Shown piece by piece: positions 1-8,535 of a stretch of DNA of 63,025 bases. The notes under the pieces are model-generated. The model did no database searches. It was not told where the DNA came from and saw nothing but the letters and a program-made list of their open reading frames with translations. The DNA is from Verrucomicrobiota bacterium. GTDB taxonomy: Bacteria; Verrucomicrobiota; Verrucomicrobiia; Limisphaerales; UBA1100. Each line of letters opens with the position of its first letter. The stretch's first letter is position 1. The stretch spans positions 1 through 63,025 of the forward strand of contig JASLKQ010000005.1 of assembly GCA_030747505.1 (NCBI GenBank), given 5' to 3'. The translations under genes were made by a program, and so were the position numbers.

Positions 1-408
1 GGGTGCTGCTCCAGGTACTGGCGCGGGTGCAGGTGCTGCTCCAGGTACTGGCGCGGGTGCAGGTGCTGCTCCAGGTACTGGCGCGGGTGCAGGTGCTGCT
101 CCAGGCACTGGCGCGGGTGCAGGTGCTGCTCCAGGTACCGGCGCGGGTGCAGGTGCTGCTCCAGGTACCGGCGCAGGTGCGGGCGCAGGTGCTCGTTGAG
201 TTTCAGGCGCAGGAGCTGCTCCGCCCGGTGCAGGAGCCCCACCACCTTTACCAGGTAAGCTAATGCGAATGGTTTGCTTAGCATCTGGTTTTGGCGGAAG
301 CCCTATCCGCACGGTAGCTTTCTTCTGTGTAGGCGGAGCTGTAGCCGGTGCTCCGCCGGCAGGTGGAGCAGCTCCCGCAGGTGGTTGTGGTGCAGGCGGT
401 GCAGACAT
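1..408 (-). CDS. Pro/Ala-rich low-complexity protein, 3' end runs off the window
   Basis: Not in the ORF track because it has no stop in the window. ATG at 408 reads MSAPPAPQPPAGAAPPAGGAPATAPPTQKKATVRIGLPPKPDAKQTIRISLPGKGGGAPAPGG...(APAPVPGAAP)n, open to position 1. Promoter-like TTGCTC-N16-TAGATT lies upstream. Confidence 0.8.
   Translation of the reverse strand, partial: MSAPPAPQPPAGAAPPAGGAPATAPPTQKKATVRIGLPPKPDAKQTIRISLPGKGGGAPAPGGAAPAPETQRAPAPAPAPVPGAAPAPAPVPGAAPAPAPVPGAAPAPAPVPGAAPAPAPVPGAAPAPAPVPGAAP
2..181. repeat. 30-bp tandem repeat, about 6 units (ggtgctgctccaggtactggcgcgggtgca), coding APAPVPGAAP on the minus strand
   Basis: Directly visible period of 30 with a few substitutions and no unique spacers; may continue beyond the left edge. 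Confidence 0.95.
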
Positions 409-581
409 ATGTAAAACTATGAAAACGGGTGACCAAAAAGCCACCAACTCCCTAAAACCAATCTAACACAGTTCATATCCCGAGCAAGGCTAATCAATTT
501 AAGGCACCTAACAAAATAATGAAATTAGTTTGTATATTGTCGAATTCCACTCAATCGGCTAAAGTCTATTGGTTGTGTAAA

Positions 582-3248
582 ATGAGAGTTTTAGCCGCCA
601 TTTTTCTTATGAGTTGCGTGGTCGAATTGCACGGCAACCCTATCCTTTTTGAACGAGATATCCGGCCAGTGCTCAAGGCTCATTGTTTTCATTGCCACGG
701 CGAAGACGGAAGGGAGCGGGGAGACCTTGATGTTCGACTGGCAAGGCTGCTTCTCGAAGGCGGTGAACATGGACCGGCGGTGGTAAAAGGCAAGCCCGAG
801 AAGAGCCCTCTATTCAAAATGGTTAATTCCGGCAAGATGCCCAAGGAGCAAACCAAACTGCCAGCCGAAGAGATTGCGCTGATCCGTGAGTGGATTGCCC
901 AAGGCGCAAAGACTGCGCGGCCTGAGCCAGAGGACCCCGATGCAGTGCTTATCACCGAGGAGGAACGCAACTTCTGGGCATTTAAACCGATTCAAGAACC
1001 CAAAGTGCCCGAGGATGCCGAAAACCCAGTCGATGCCTTCCTGCTGCAACAACTGCGAGAGGAGGGGTTACAGTTTTCTAAGAAAGCAGATAAACGCACA
1101 TTGATTCGACGTGTCACGTTCAACCTCATCGGTTTTCCACCCACACCAAAGGAAATCAAAAACTTTGTAGAGGACAAATCACCTGACGCCTACGAGAAAC
1201 TTATTGACCGGCTGCTCGACTCACCGCACTACGGCGAACGCTGGGGACGGCACTGGCTAGATATCGCAGGATACGCCGATTCCGAAGGCTATAACGAAAA
1301 GGACACTGAGCGCGGCTGGGCCTGGCGTTATCGCGATTATGTCATCAACGCTTTCAATCAGGATATCCCGTGGAATCAATTTATCACCGAGCAACTGGCC
1401 GGTGATGAACTGGTGAAGCCACCGTACAAAGATTTGAAATCTGAGCAAATTGACCAGCTTACCGCCACGGGCTTTCTACGCATGGCTCCTGATGGCACCG
1501 GGTCAGTCAATAACGATGAGGCTCGCAATCATGTTATCGCTGAAACGTTAAAAGTGATCTCTAGTTCCCTTATGGGATTCACCGTCGGTTGTGCACAATG
1601 CCATGATCATCGGTACGACCCCATCCCACAAAGGGACTACTACAAACTGCGTGCCATCTTCGAGCCGAGCCTCAATCCCAAGCGCTGGCGCGTGCCAAAC
1701 ACCAGACGCGTAACACTCTTCACCGATACCGACCGTGCCAAGTCTGCGGAGATTGAATCTGAGGCCAAAAAGATCGATGCCGAGCGCAAAAAAAAGATCG
1801 ATTTCTTTATCGAGCGTACACTCACATGGAAACTTGAGGCAGTGCCCGAAAAGGATCGAAAAGAACTCCGTGAAGCCTACCGTGCCCCCAAACGCAACGA
1901 CATTCAGAATGCTATACTGAAAAAGTATCCGAGTGTTAGGCAGATCAGTTCAGGTTCACTTTATTTATATGACCGCGAGTACAACGCCGAGATCAGCAAG
2001 CTCAATACCGAGCGTAAGAAATTTTCCAACAAAAAGGATGATGAACAGGCTGCAGCCGAACTCAAGCGCATCGACGAGCGCATCCAATTCTTCAAGGATG
2101 CCCTTAGCAAAAAAGTGCTTGATGATATGGCTAAAAAGGCCAGCGATATCCGTGCCACCAAGCCTGAGGAGCCATTCATACGTGCGCTCACCGAACCGGT
2201 CGGCACGCCACCGGTCACTCATGTGTTTTTTAGAGGCAATTTCGACCAACCCAAGGACGCCGTCAAACCTGCTGGCCTGTCCGTGATCTCAGCTCCTACT
2301 ATTAACGAAAACAACCCCACCCTCCCCTCCACCGGCCGGCGAACAGCCTTTGCTGCTCACCTCACGAACAACAAACACCCGCTTACCGCGCGCGTTTTGG
2401 TAAACCGCTTTTGGCTACATCACTTCGGCCGCGGTATTGTCGACACCCCTGATAATTTTGGGAAGCTTGGCGAACTACCAAGTCATCCCGAATTACTTGA
2501 TTGGCTAGCAAATGATTTCATGAGAAACGGATGGAAGCTTAAACGTCTTCATAAGCTCATCATGACCAGTCAAGCTTATCAACAGGTTTCCTTCAGAAAC
2601 AAAAACCAGGACGCAATTGACCCGGACAACCGACTCCTTGGCAGGATGAACATCCGCCGCATGGAAGCTGAGACAATACGAGATGCAGTCCTTTCACTAA
2701 GTGGCAATATAAATCTGAAATTGCACGGCAAGCCTATTCCTGTAACCGAAAATGATGAAGGGCAAGTCATCATAGGAGTAAACACAACCGATAGTGCAAA
2801 TCGGCCAACCGGAAAGCAAGTTGATATGGAAGGCGAGCAATACCGAAGAAGCATTTATGTTCAAGTTCGCCGGTCTCTTCAGCTATCCTTTCTTGATGCC
2901 TTTGATGCGCCAACTATGGAACCCAACTGCGCCAAGCGCCCCGTTTCCACCGTGGCCCCACAGGCGCTGATCTTTATGAACAACGCCTTTGTCCTCGACC
3001 AATCCCGCGCCATGGCAGAAAAGCTGCAAGCATTGGCAAAAGATAATCTGGACGACCAACTCACCATGGGCTGGGAACACACCTTCGGCTACCCCGCCAC
3101 TCCTGAACAACTTTCCCAATCGCGCGAATTCATCCATCGCCAAACCGCCCTCTTCAAGGAGCGCAAAGATAAATCTCCCCAACTCACCGCTCTGGCCAAT
3201 TACTGCCAGGCTTTGATGAGCTCTAATCGTTTTGTGTATGTCTATTGA
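582..3248 (+). CDS. Planctomycete cytochrome c / DUF1549 (PSCyt2) / DUF1553 (PSD1) domain protein
   Basis: Signal-peptide-like N-terminus from ATG 582; CFHCH and CAQCH heme motifs; YGERWGRHWLD, ARVLVNRFWLHHFGRG, SHPELLDWLA and RRSIY motifs. Confidence 0.9.
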   Translation: MRVLAAIFLMSCVVELHGNPILFERDIRPVLKAHCFHCHGEDGRERGDLDVRLARLLLEGGEHGPAVVKGKPEKSPLFKMVNSGKMPKEQTKLPAEEIALIREWIAQGAKTARPEPEDPDAVLITEEERNFWAFKPIQEPKVPEDAENPVDAFLLQQLREEGLQFSKKADKRTLIRRVTFNLIGFPPTPKEIKNFVEDKSPDAYEKLIDRLLDSPHYGERWGRHWLDIAGYADSEGYNEKDTERGWAWRYRDYVINAFNQDIPWNQFITEQLAGDELVKPPYKDLKSEQIDQLTATGFLRMAPDGTGSVNNDEARNHVIAETLKVISSSLMGFTVGCAQCHDHRYDPIPQRDYYKLRAIFEPSLNPKRWRVPNTRRVTLFTDTDRAKSAEIESEAKKIDAERKKKIDFFIERTLTWKLEAVPEKDRKELREAYRAPKRNDIQNAILKKYPSVRQISSGSLYLYDREYNAEISKLNTERKKFSNKKDDEQAAAELKRIDERIQFFKDALSKKVLDDMAKKASDIRATKPEEPFIRALTEPVGTPPVTHVFFRGNFDQPKDAVKPAGLSVISAPTINENNPTLPSTGRRTAFAAHLTNNKHPLTARVLVNRFWLHHFGRGIVDTPDNFGKLGELPSHPELLDWLANDFMRNGWKLKRLHKLIMTSQAYQQVSFRNKNQDAIDPDNRLLGRMNIRRMEAETIRDAVLSLSGNINLKLHGKPIPVTENDEGQVIIGVNTTDSANRPTGKQVDMEGEQYRRSIYVQVRRSLQLSFLDAFDAPTMEPNCAKRPVSTVAPQALIFMNNAFVLDQSRAMAEKLQALAKDNLDDQLTMGWEHTFGYPATPEQLSQSREFIHRQTALFKERKDKSPQLTALANYCQALMSSNRFVYVY

Positions 3249-4677
3249 CAATTACATTTCAAGATCTACTCGAAGACATTTCCTCGCGCAGAACGCAATG
3301 GGGATAGGCAGCCTTGCCTTAACCTGGATCTTGAGGCGTGAGGGTTTGCTGGCGAGCCCCGTTAAACCGGATCTTGAGCAAGCGTCACACAGTTTGATGC
3401 CAAAAAAACCACATCACCAATCACGGGCTCAGGCAATGGTTTCATTTTTTATGCAGGGGGGACCGAGCCAAATGGATTTGTGCGACCCAAAGCCGATGCT
3501 TAACAGATGGGCTGGAAAAGATTTCCCGGAAAAGATCAAGTATGACAATGCAGCACAAGCCAGCAGCAAAGTCATGCCCAGTGCATGGGCGTTTAAGAAA
3601 CATGGCCAAAGCGGAATGGACTTTTCATCATTGCTACCGGGCTTCAGTGAAATTGCTGATGACATCTGCCTGATTCGCAGCATGCACACTGGCGTTAACA
3701 ATCACGGTCAATCCATTCATGCACTTAACAGTGGCCGAACCATTGATGGACGACCGGCTCTGGGAAGTTGGCTTAGTTATGGACTCGGAAGCGAAAACCA
3801 AAATTTGCCCGCCTATATGGTGCTCCGTGACCCGTCTAGCTTACCTGTGTTGGGAACATTTAATTGGTCAGCCGGCTGGCTGCCCAGTCTGTACCAGGGA
3901 ACCATGGTGCGTGCAAAGAAACCGCGCATTCTAAATCTAACTTCTCCATCTCATCTCCAGGGTAAGCCACAGAAAAATTATCTAAGCTTTCTGAGAGAAT
4001 TAAACAAACAAGCCGTGAATTCCGGTGAGGCAGACTTGGAAGCGCGTATCGCCAGCTTCGAACTAGCAGCTCGAATGCAAACAACCGCCGCAGATATAAT
4101 GGACGTTTCAGGCGAAAGTGAGGCGACCAAGAAACTTTATGGTCTGGATGTGGAGGAAACCAAGGAGTTTGGCACGCGCTGTCTTATAGCCAGAAGACTT
4201 ATTGAGCGGGGGGTACGTTTTGTCCAAGTCTTCACTAGAAATCAATATTGGGATCACCATGGTAATATTAAAAATTCACTGCCCACTTCCTGTAGAAAAG
4301 TCGATCGACCCATTGCCGCTTTAGTGAAGGACTTGAAAAGTCGCGGGCTACTCGAAAGCACCGTTGTTCACTGGGGAGGTGAGATGGGGCGCCTACCAGT
4401 CGTACAAAATGAAAAAAGCCCCGGCCGTGACCATAATACATATGGATTTTCCATGTGGCTGGCAGGAGGAGGCTTCAAACCAGGTCATATCCATGGGGCC
4501 ACCGACGAATGGGGTCACCGCGCAGTCGAAGGCACTGTGAATCATTATGATTATCACGCTACCCTTCTTCACCTATTTGGCCTTGATCACAAAAAATTAA
4601 CTTTTAAGCGCGCAGGGCAAGAGAAAACGTTAACCGACGGCCAAAAAGCGCATGTGGTAAAAGAGATTTTGGCATGA
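3238..4677 (+). CDS. DUF1501 family protein (Tat-exported), copy 1
   Basis: TRRHFL twin-arginine motif; GGPSQMD, ARRLIERGVRFVQ, WDHH, WGGEMGR and GRDH motifs. Start at 3232 or 3238. Confidence 0.9.
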   Translation: MSIDNYISRSTRRHFLAQNAMGIGSLALTWILRREGLLASPVKPDLEQASHSLMPKKPHHQSRAQAMVSFFMQGGPSQMDLCDPKPMLNRWAGKDFPEKIKYDNAAQASSKVMPSAWAFKKHGQSGMDFSSLLPGFSEIADDICLIRSMHTGVNNHGQSIHALNSGRTIDGRPALGSWLSYGLGSENQNLPAYMVLRDPSSLPVLGTFNWSAGWLPSLYQGTMVRAKKPRILNLTSPSHLQGKPQKNYLSFLRELNKQAVNSGEADLEARIASFELAARMQTTAADIMDVSGESEATKKLYGLDVEETKEFGTRCLIARRLIERGVRFVQVFTRNQYWDHHGNIKNSLPTSCRKVDRPIAALVKDLKSRGLLESTVVHWGGEMGRLPVVQNEKSPGRDHNTYGFSMWLAGGGFKPGHIHGATDEWGHRAVEGTVNHYDYHATLLHLFGLDHKKLTFKRAGQEKTLTDGQKAHVVKEILA

Positions 4678-6116
4678 AGGACCTTTTCGGCCTCCATAAC
4701 CGTCGCCAGTTCCTCACCCGTAACTCCATGGGTATCGGTGGTCTTGCGCTGGCTTGGATCTTGCAACGCGAAAAATTGCTAGCTACTCCAAAGGAAATTC
4801 CTCGTGGCCAGCGGCGGTTTGACTTGAAACCCAAGCAACCGCACTTCGAACCCCGCGCCAAGGCGATGATTTCCCTTTTCATGCATGGCGGCCCAAGTCA
4901 CATGGATCTCACCGATCCCAAGCCTGAGTTACAGCGCTGCAACGGCATGGACTATGGCGGCAGTGTCCAGTATAGCTTCGCCAACGAGGCCAGCCGCAAA
5001 CTCTTGGGAAGCCCTTGGGAATTTAAGAAACATGGTCAATGCGGAATGGACTTTTCAGAACTCCTGCCCCAAACCGCAAAAATTGCTGATGAACTTTGCA
5101 TGATTCGCAGCATGCACACTGGACACAACGGCCATGAAGTTTCCATCCGATACATTAATGCAGGCATCCCTGGCATAACAGGTCGACCGAGCCTCGGTGC
5201 CTGGCTAACCTACGGTCTAGGCAGCGAAAACGATGAACTGCCGGCGTACATGGTTTTGAAAGACCCTGGCGGCAGCCCAGTAGATGGTAATCATAATTGG
5301 AGCAATGGCTGGCTCCCCAGCCTTTATCAGGGAACTGTATTGCGAGCCAAAGAGCCCCGAATCTTCAATCTGGATGCCCCAGATTATCTTCGTGGAAAGC
5401 CACAGGAGAATTACTTGAACTTTTTGGGAGCCATCAATTCGTCTCTGATTAACCAACATCCGCAAGATGAAGCCCTTGAATCCCGTATTGCCAGCTTTGA
5501 GCTGGCTGCCCGTATGCAAACATCTGCCAAGGAAGTGCTCGATGTCAGCGACGAAAGTGAGGCCACCAAGAAGCTCTACGGCATCGATCAAGATGAGACC
5601 AAGGAATACGGCACCCGCTGCCTGATCGCGCGCCGGCTCGTTGAACGAGGCGTGCGTTTTGTGCAGCTCTTCCTAAACGGCCAACCGTGGGACAACCATG
5701 AGAATATTCACAACGCCCTGCCATCCATCTGCCGCCGCACTGACCAGCCGGCCGCTGCTCTGGTGACAGACTTAAAGCAACGAGGGCTCCTTGAGAGCAC
5801 CGTGGTCCATTGGGGCGGCGAGATCGGCCGATTACCGGTAGTACAATCACGCAGCAAACCCGGGCGCGACCACAATGGACAGGGCTTTAGCACTTGGATG
5901 GCCGGTGGCGGGTTCAAACGGGGAATTGTCTATGGCGAAACAGACGAGGTCGGCCACCGCGCCGCGGTCGGCAAGGTCACTGCCAGCGACTATCAGGCTA
6001 CCCTACTCCACCAGTTTGGTCTCAACCACAATGAGCTGATCTACCACCACGGCGGAAAATCCCAGAAGCTCACCAACGATCGGCCCGCCCGCGTGGTAAA
6101 GGAAATCCTGGCCTAG
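4674..6116 (+). CDS. DUF1501 family protein (Tat-exported), copy 2
   Basis: NRRQFL; GGPSHMD, ARRLVERGVRFVQ, WDNH and GRDH motifs; ATGA overlap with copy 1. Confidence 0.9.
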   Translation: MKDLFGLHNRRQFLTRNSMGIGGLALAWILQREKLLATPKEIPRGQRRFDLKPKQPHFEPRAKAMISLFMHGGPSHMDLTDPKPELQRCNGMDYGGSVQYSFANEASRKLLGSPWEFKKHGQCGMDFSELLPQTAKIADELCMIRSMHTGHNGHEVSIRYINAGIPGITGRPSLGAWLTYGLGSENDELPAYMVLKDPGGSPVDGNHNWSNGWLPSLYQGTVLRAKEPRIFNLDAPDYLRGKPQENYLNFLGAINSSLINQHPQDEALESRIASFELAARMQTSAKEVLDVSDESEATKKLYGIDQDETKEYGTRCLIARRLVERGVRFVQLFLNGQPWDNHENIHNALPSICRRTDQPAAALVTDLKQRGLLESTVVHWGGEIGRLPVVQSRSKPGRDHNGQGFSTWMAGGGFKRGIVYGETDEVGHRAAVGKVTASDYQATLLHQFGLNHNELIYHHGGKSQKLTNDRPARVVKEILA

Positions 6117-6121
6117 TTAAG

Positions 6122-6823
6122 TTACATCCGGATGCCGGAAAAAACCGTCACCTCCGAGCCTTCAGCCAACACGACCGCATCGGGTTCATCAGCCAACGCC
6201 TCGGCCCACTGGGACCCATAGAGTGACTCCACATCCAAGTCAAAGCGCGCCAATTGCGCCGGGCGCGTGCGCCAGATGGGATGGGTCACTTCGTACTCCA
6301 TGGTGTGGCCACCGGACTGCCGATTGTAGCCCCAGTAGTGCTCAATCAAAAATGTCTCACGCGATTTCTCAGCCGGCTCACGCCAATCACCCGCGGGCCG
6401 GGCGGCCATCCCCTGCCATTGACCCGCCTGTTGCAGTTCGTATTGCGTATTTTCCTCGTTCACCTCTCCCCTCATGGGCAGTGTCTTGTAGGGCTCGTTG
6501 TAGACCGTGCGCGCCACCCACTCGACAATGCGGCGCGGTGTCAGCTCACAAATAAAGACCACCCCCCGGCGAACCTCACCCTCCATCTCGCGTCGCACAT
6601 AAAAGCGCAGGTTGATCTCCGGAAAATCCCGATGCCCCACCGCCGGCAAGCCCTTCACCGCCAAATCCAAAAACCGGAATCCCACAAGGCTCACATAACA
6701 ATCCCCCTTCCACGGGTCCAGTTCGGTCCCCTCCGGCACATGCGGCTGTAACAACGACCGATCCACGCGCCAATTAAGCATCAAAAGATCGCGCCATGCA
6801 GCAGTGATAAAGGGCTTCGCCAT
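6122..6823 (-). CDS. DUF2071 / YqjF family protein
   Basis: W-x-DLLMLNW, FPEINLRFYV, RRGVVFI, FLIEHYWGY and EYEVTHP-x-W motifs. Confidence 0.85.
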   Translation of the reverse strand: MAKPFITAAWRDLLMLNWRVDRSLLQPHVPEGTELDPWKGDCYVSLVGFRFLDLAVKGLPAVGHRDFPEINLRFYVRREMEGEVRRGVVFICELTPRRIVEWVARTVYNEPYKTLPMRGEVNEENTQYELQQAGQWQGMAARPAGDWREPAEKSRETFLIEHYWGYNRQSGGHTMEYEVTHPIWRTRPAQLARFDLDVESLYGSQWAEALADEPDAVVLAEGSEVTVFSGIRM

Positions 6824-6829
6824 GACTGG

Positions 6830-6858
6830 AGTTTAGCATACGCCTCCTCCCCACCCAA
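6830..6858 (-). promoter_or_regulatory. sigma70-like promoter, probably leaderless
   Basis: TTGGGT-N17-TAAACT with an extended -10 TG, ending 6 nt before ATG 6823. Confidence 0.55.
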
Positions 6859-6880
6859 AATGTTTGGAACATTTGGTCTG

Positions 6881-7380
6881 TCACCGCGAAAAAAGAATCC
6901 CTTGTGAATCCTCCAATCGCCAGTCGCCCGGTTTTACCGTCAACCGGATGCCTCCCAACTTGCGCACACTGAAAACCTGTGCCCCGCTTGATTGCAATTG
7001 CTCGAGCCAATCAGCCGAAGCCCGTTCAGTCACAGGAAAATTACAATCGTGAACCAGAATTGCCTTGGGTTGGATTAGCCTCAATATCCCCAAGCCCAAG
7101 GTTGAACTCCGATCCGGGACTGAAACCACCAGTACATCCGCACGCAAATCTGCATTGCGTTTGATTAATGTCTGTCGCCCATCTCTACCCAAGTCCGACA
7201 TTAATATAACCCGTACTCCGTGGAATTCTCCAGCCAGCACCAAGGCATCATCTGAACTCCGTGAGAAATCCTCTCCAAGAGCAGGATGTAATACTTTCCA
7301 AGGACCACTCCAACTGCATAAAACACTGCCAGTATCAGAGCCGGCTGATTCACCCATAAAATCTATCAATAAGGATGAAG
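6881..7380 (-). pseudogene. comEC: Remnant of the ComEC/Rec2 C-terminal metallo-beta-lactamase-like domain
   Basis: WKVLHP...DDALVL...VILMSDLG...LRADVLVV...IQPKAILV...GGIRLTV resembles a ComEC C-terminus. The membrane Competence domain and HxHxDH motif are absent, and the ORF 5' end runs into the pdxJ promoter. Confidence 0.6.
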
Positions 7381-7409
7381 TTGGCAAGCTGCCTGAATTT
7401 GCATAAATT
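7381..7409 (+). promoter_or_regulatory. sigma70-like promoter for pdxJ, probably leaderless
   Basis: TTGGCA-N17-TAAATT, ending 6 nt before GTG 7416. Confidence 0.55.
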
Positions 7410-7415
7410 GTGCAG

Positions 7416-8156
7416 GTGCTCAAACTAGGTGTAAATATTGACCACGTGGCAACTTTGCGCGAAGCGCGCTATCGCGGGCAAAAATACGGGGAGCCTTGTC
7501 CTGTGGAAGCAGCATTAACCTGTGAAGCAGCCGGTGCCCATGGAATCACAGCGCACTTGCGCGAGGATCGGCGACACATCCAAGACGCGGACGTCAGGGC
7601 CTTGCGCAGGCAAATCTCCACCCGCCTGAATTTTGAAATGGCCATTGCCCCAGAGATTGTCCGGTTCGCCTTAAAAATTAAGCCAGATATCGTTTGCCTG
7701 GTCCCTGAGAAACGTCAGGAAATCACCACCGAAGGAGGACTAGAGGTAGCCAAGCAATTGACTGCCATAAAGCGAGTTTGCTCTCGAATGAGCAAGGCCA
7801 GCATAGCGGTGAGTCTATTCATCAACCCCGACGTGACCCAAATTGAAGCGGCTGCAAAAACTGGAGCGCAATTCATCGAACTACACACCGGCTCATATGC
7901 AGAACACTATAGCAATGCCCGATTACGAAAACGAGAACTCAACCGCCTAATTGTCGCCGCAACACATGCCCATTCACTGGGATTACGAGTAAATGCAGGA
8001 CACGGTTTGGATTACAATAATCTATCCACCCTGCACGTGGTGCCATACCTGGAAGAACTCAACATCGGCCACAGTATCATCAGTCGATCTACACAAATTG
8101 GCCTAACCAAAGCCGTCAAGGAGATGCTTGGACTAATGAAAGGATATCGATCCTAA
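7416..8156 (+). CDS. pdxJ: Pyridoxine 5'-phosphate synthase
   Basis: LGVNIDHVATLR, HLREDRRHIQD, TTEGGL, ELHTG, NAGHGL and ELNIGHSI motifs. Start chosen from promoter geometry (track gives 7410). Confidence 0.97.
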   Translation: MLKLGVNIDHVATLREARYRGQKYGEPCPVEAALTCEAAGAHGITAHLREDRRHIQDADVRALRRQISTRLNFEMAIAPEIVRFALKIKPDIVCLVPEKRQEITTEGGLEVAKQLTAIKRVCSRMSKASIAVSLFINPDVTQIEAAAKTGAQFIELHTGSYAEHYSNARLRKRELNRLIVAATHAHSLGLRVNAGHGLDYNNLSTLHVVPYLEELNIGHSIISRSTQIGLTKAVKEMLGLMKGYRS

Positions 8157-8534
8157 ATGATAATCGGCACAGGCATTGACATCATTGATGTTAAACGCAT
8201 TGACCAAGCACACGAGCGATGGGGCGATAAGTTTCTCCGTAAGTTTCTTTGCGCTGAAGAAATCGAATATTGCCTAAGGCAAAGCAATCCTGCTCTCAGC
8301 ATTGCCGCCCGGTTTGCCGGAAAGGAAGCCATCAGCAAGGCCTTTGGAACCGGAATTGGAGGAAAGTTAAACTGGCATGATATTGAAATCGCCCACCAGG
8401 AACATGGTCGGCCCATCGCACGATTACACGGCAAGGCTGACGGGCTTTTTTCTGAACTTGGAGGCAGAAACGTCCATATCAGCCTCAGCCATAATGGAGG
8501 ACAGGCTGCAGCCTTGGCGGTGCTCGAGGCCTGA
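8157..8534 (+). CDS. acpS: Holo-[acyl-carrier-protein] synthase
   Basis: GTGIDII, AARFAGKEAISKAFGTGIG and HISLSH motifs; follows pdxJ. Confidence 0.95.
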   Translation: MIIGTGIDIIDVKRIDQAHERWGDKFLRKFLCAEEIEYCLRQSNPALSIAARFAGKEAISKAFGTGIGGKLNWHDIEIAHQEHGRPIARLHGKADGLFSELGGRNVHISLSHNGGQAAALAVLEA

Positions 8535-8535
8535 T

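Noticed and set aside
2-181. 30-bp repeat as a CRISPR array
   Set aside because: Units are contiguous with no spacers, keep a reading frame, and no cas genes are nearby.
3-466. Plus-strand ORFs 3..263 and 263..466
   Set aside because: They are shadows of the minus-strand Pro/Ala-rich gene starting at 408.
3671-5122. Identical 22-mer tgattcgcagcatgcacactgg at 3671 and 5101
   Set aside because: It encodes the conserved IRSMHTG motif of two paralogs, so it is not a mobile-element repeat.
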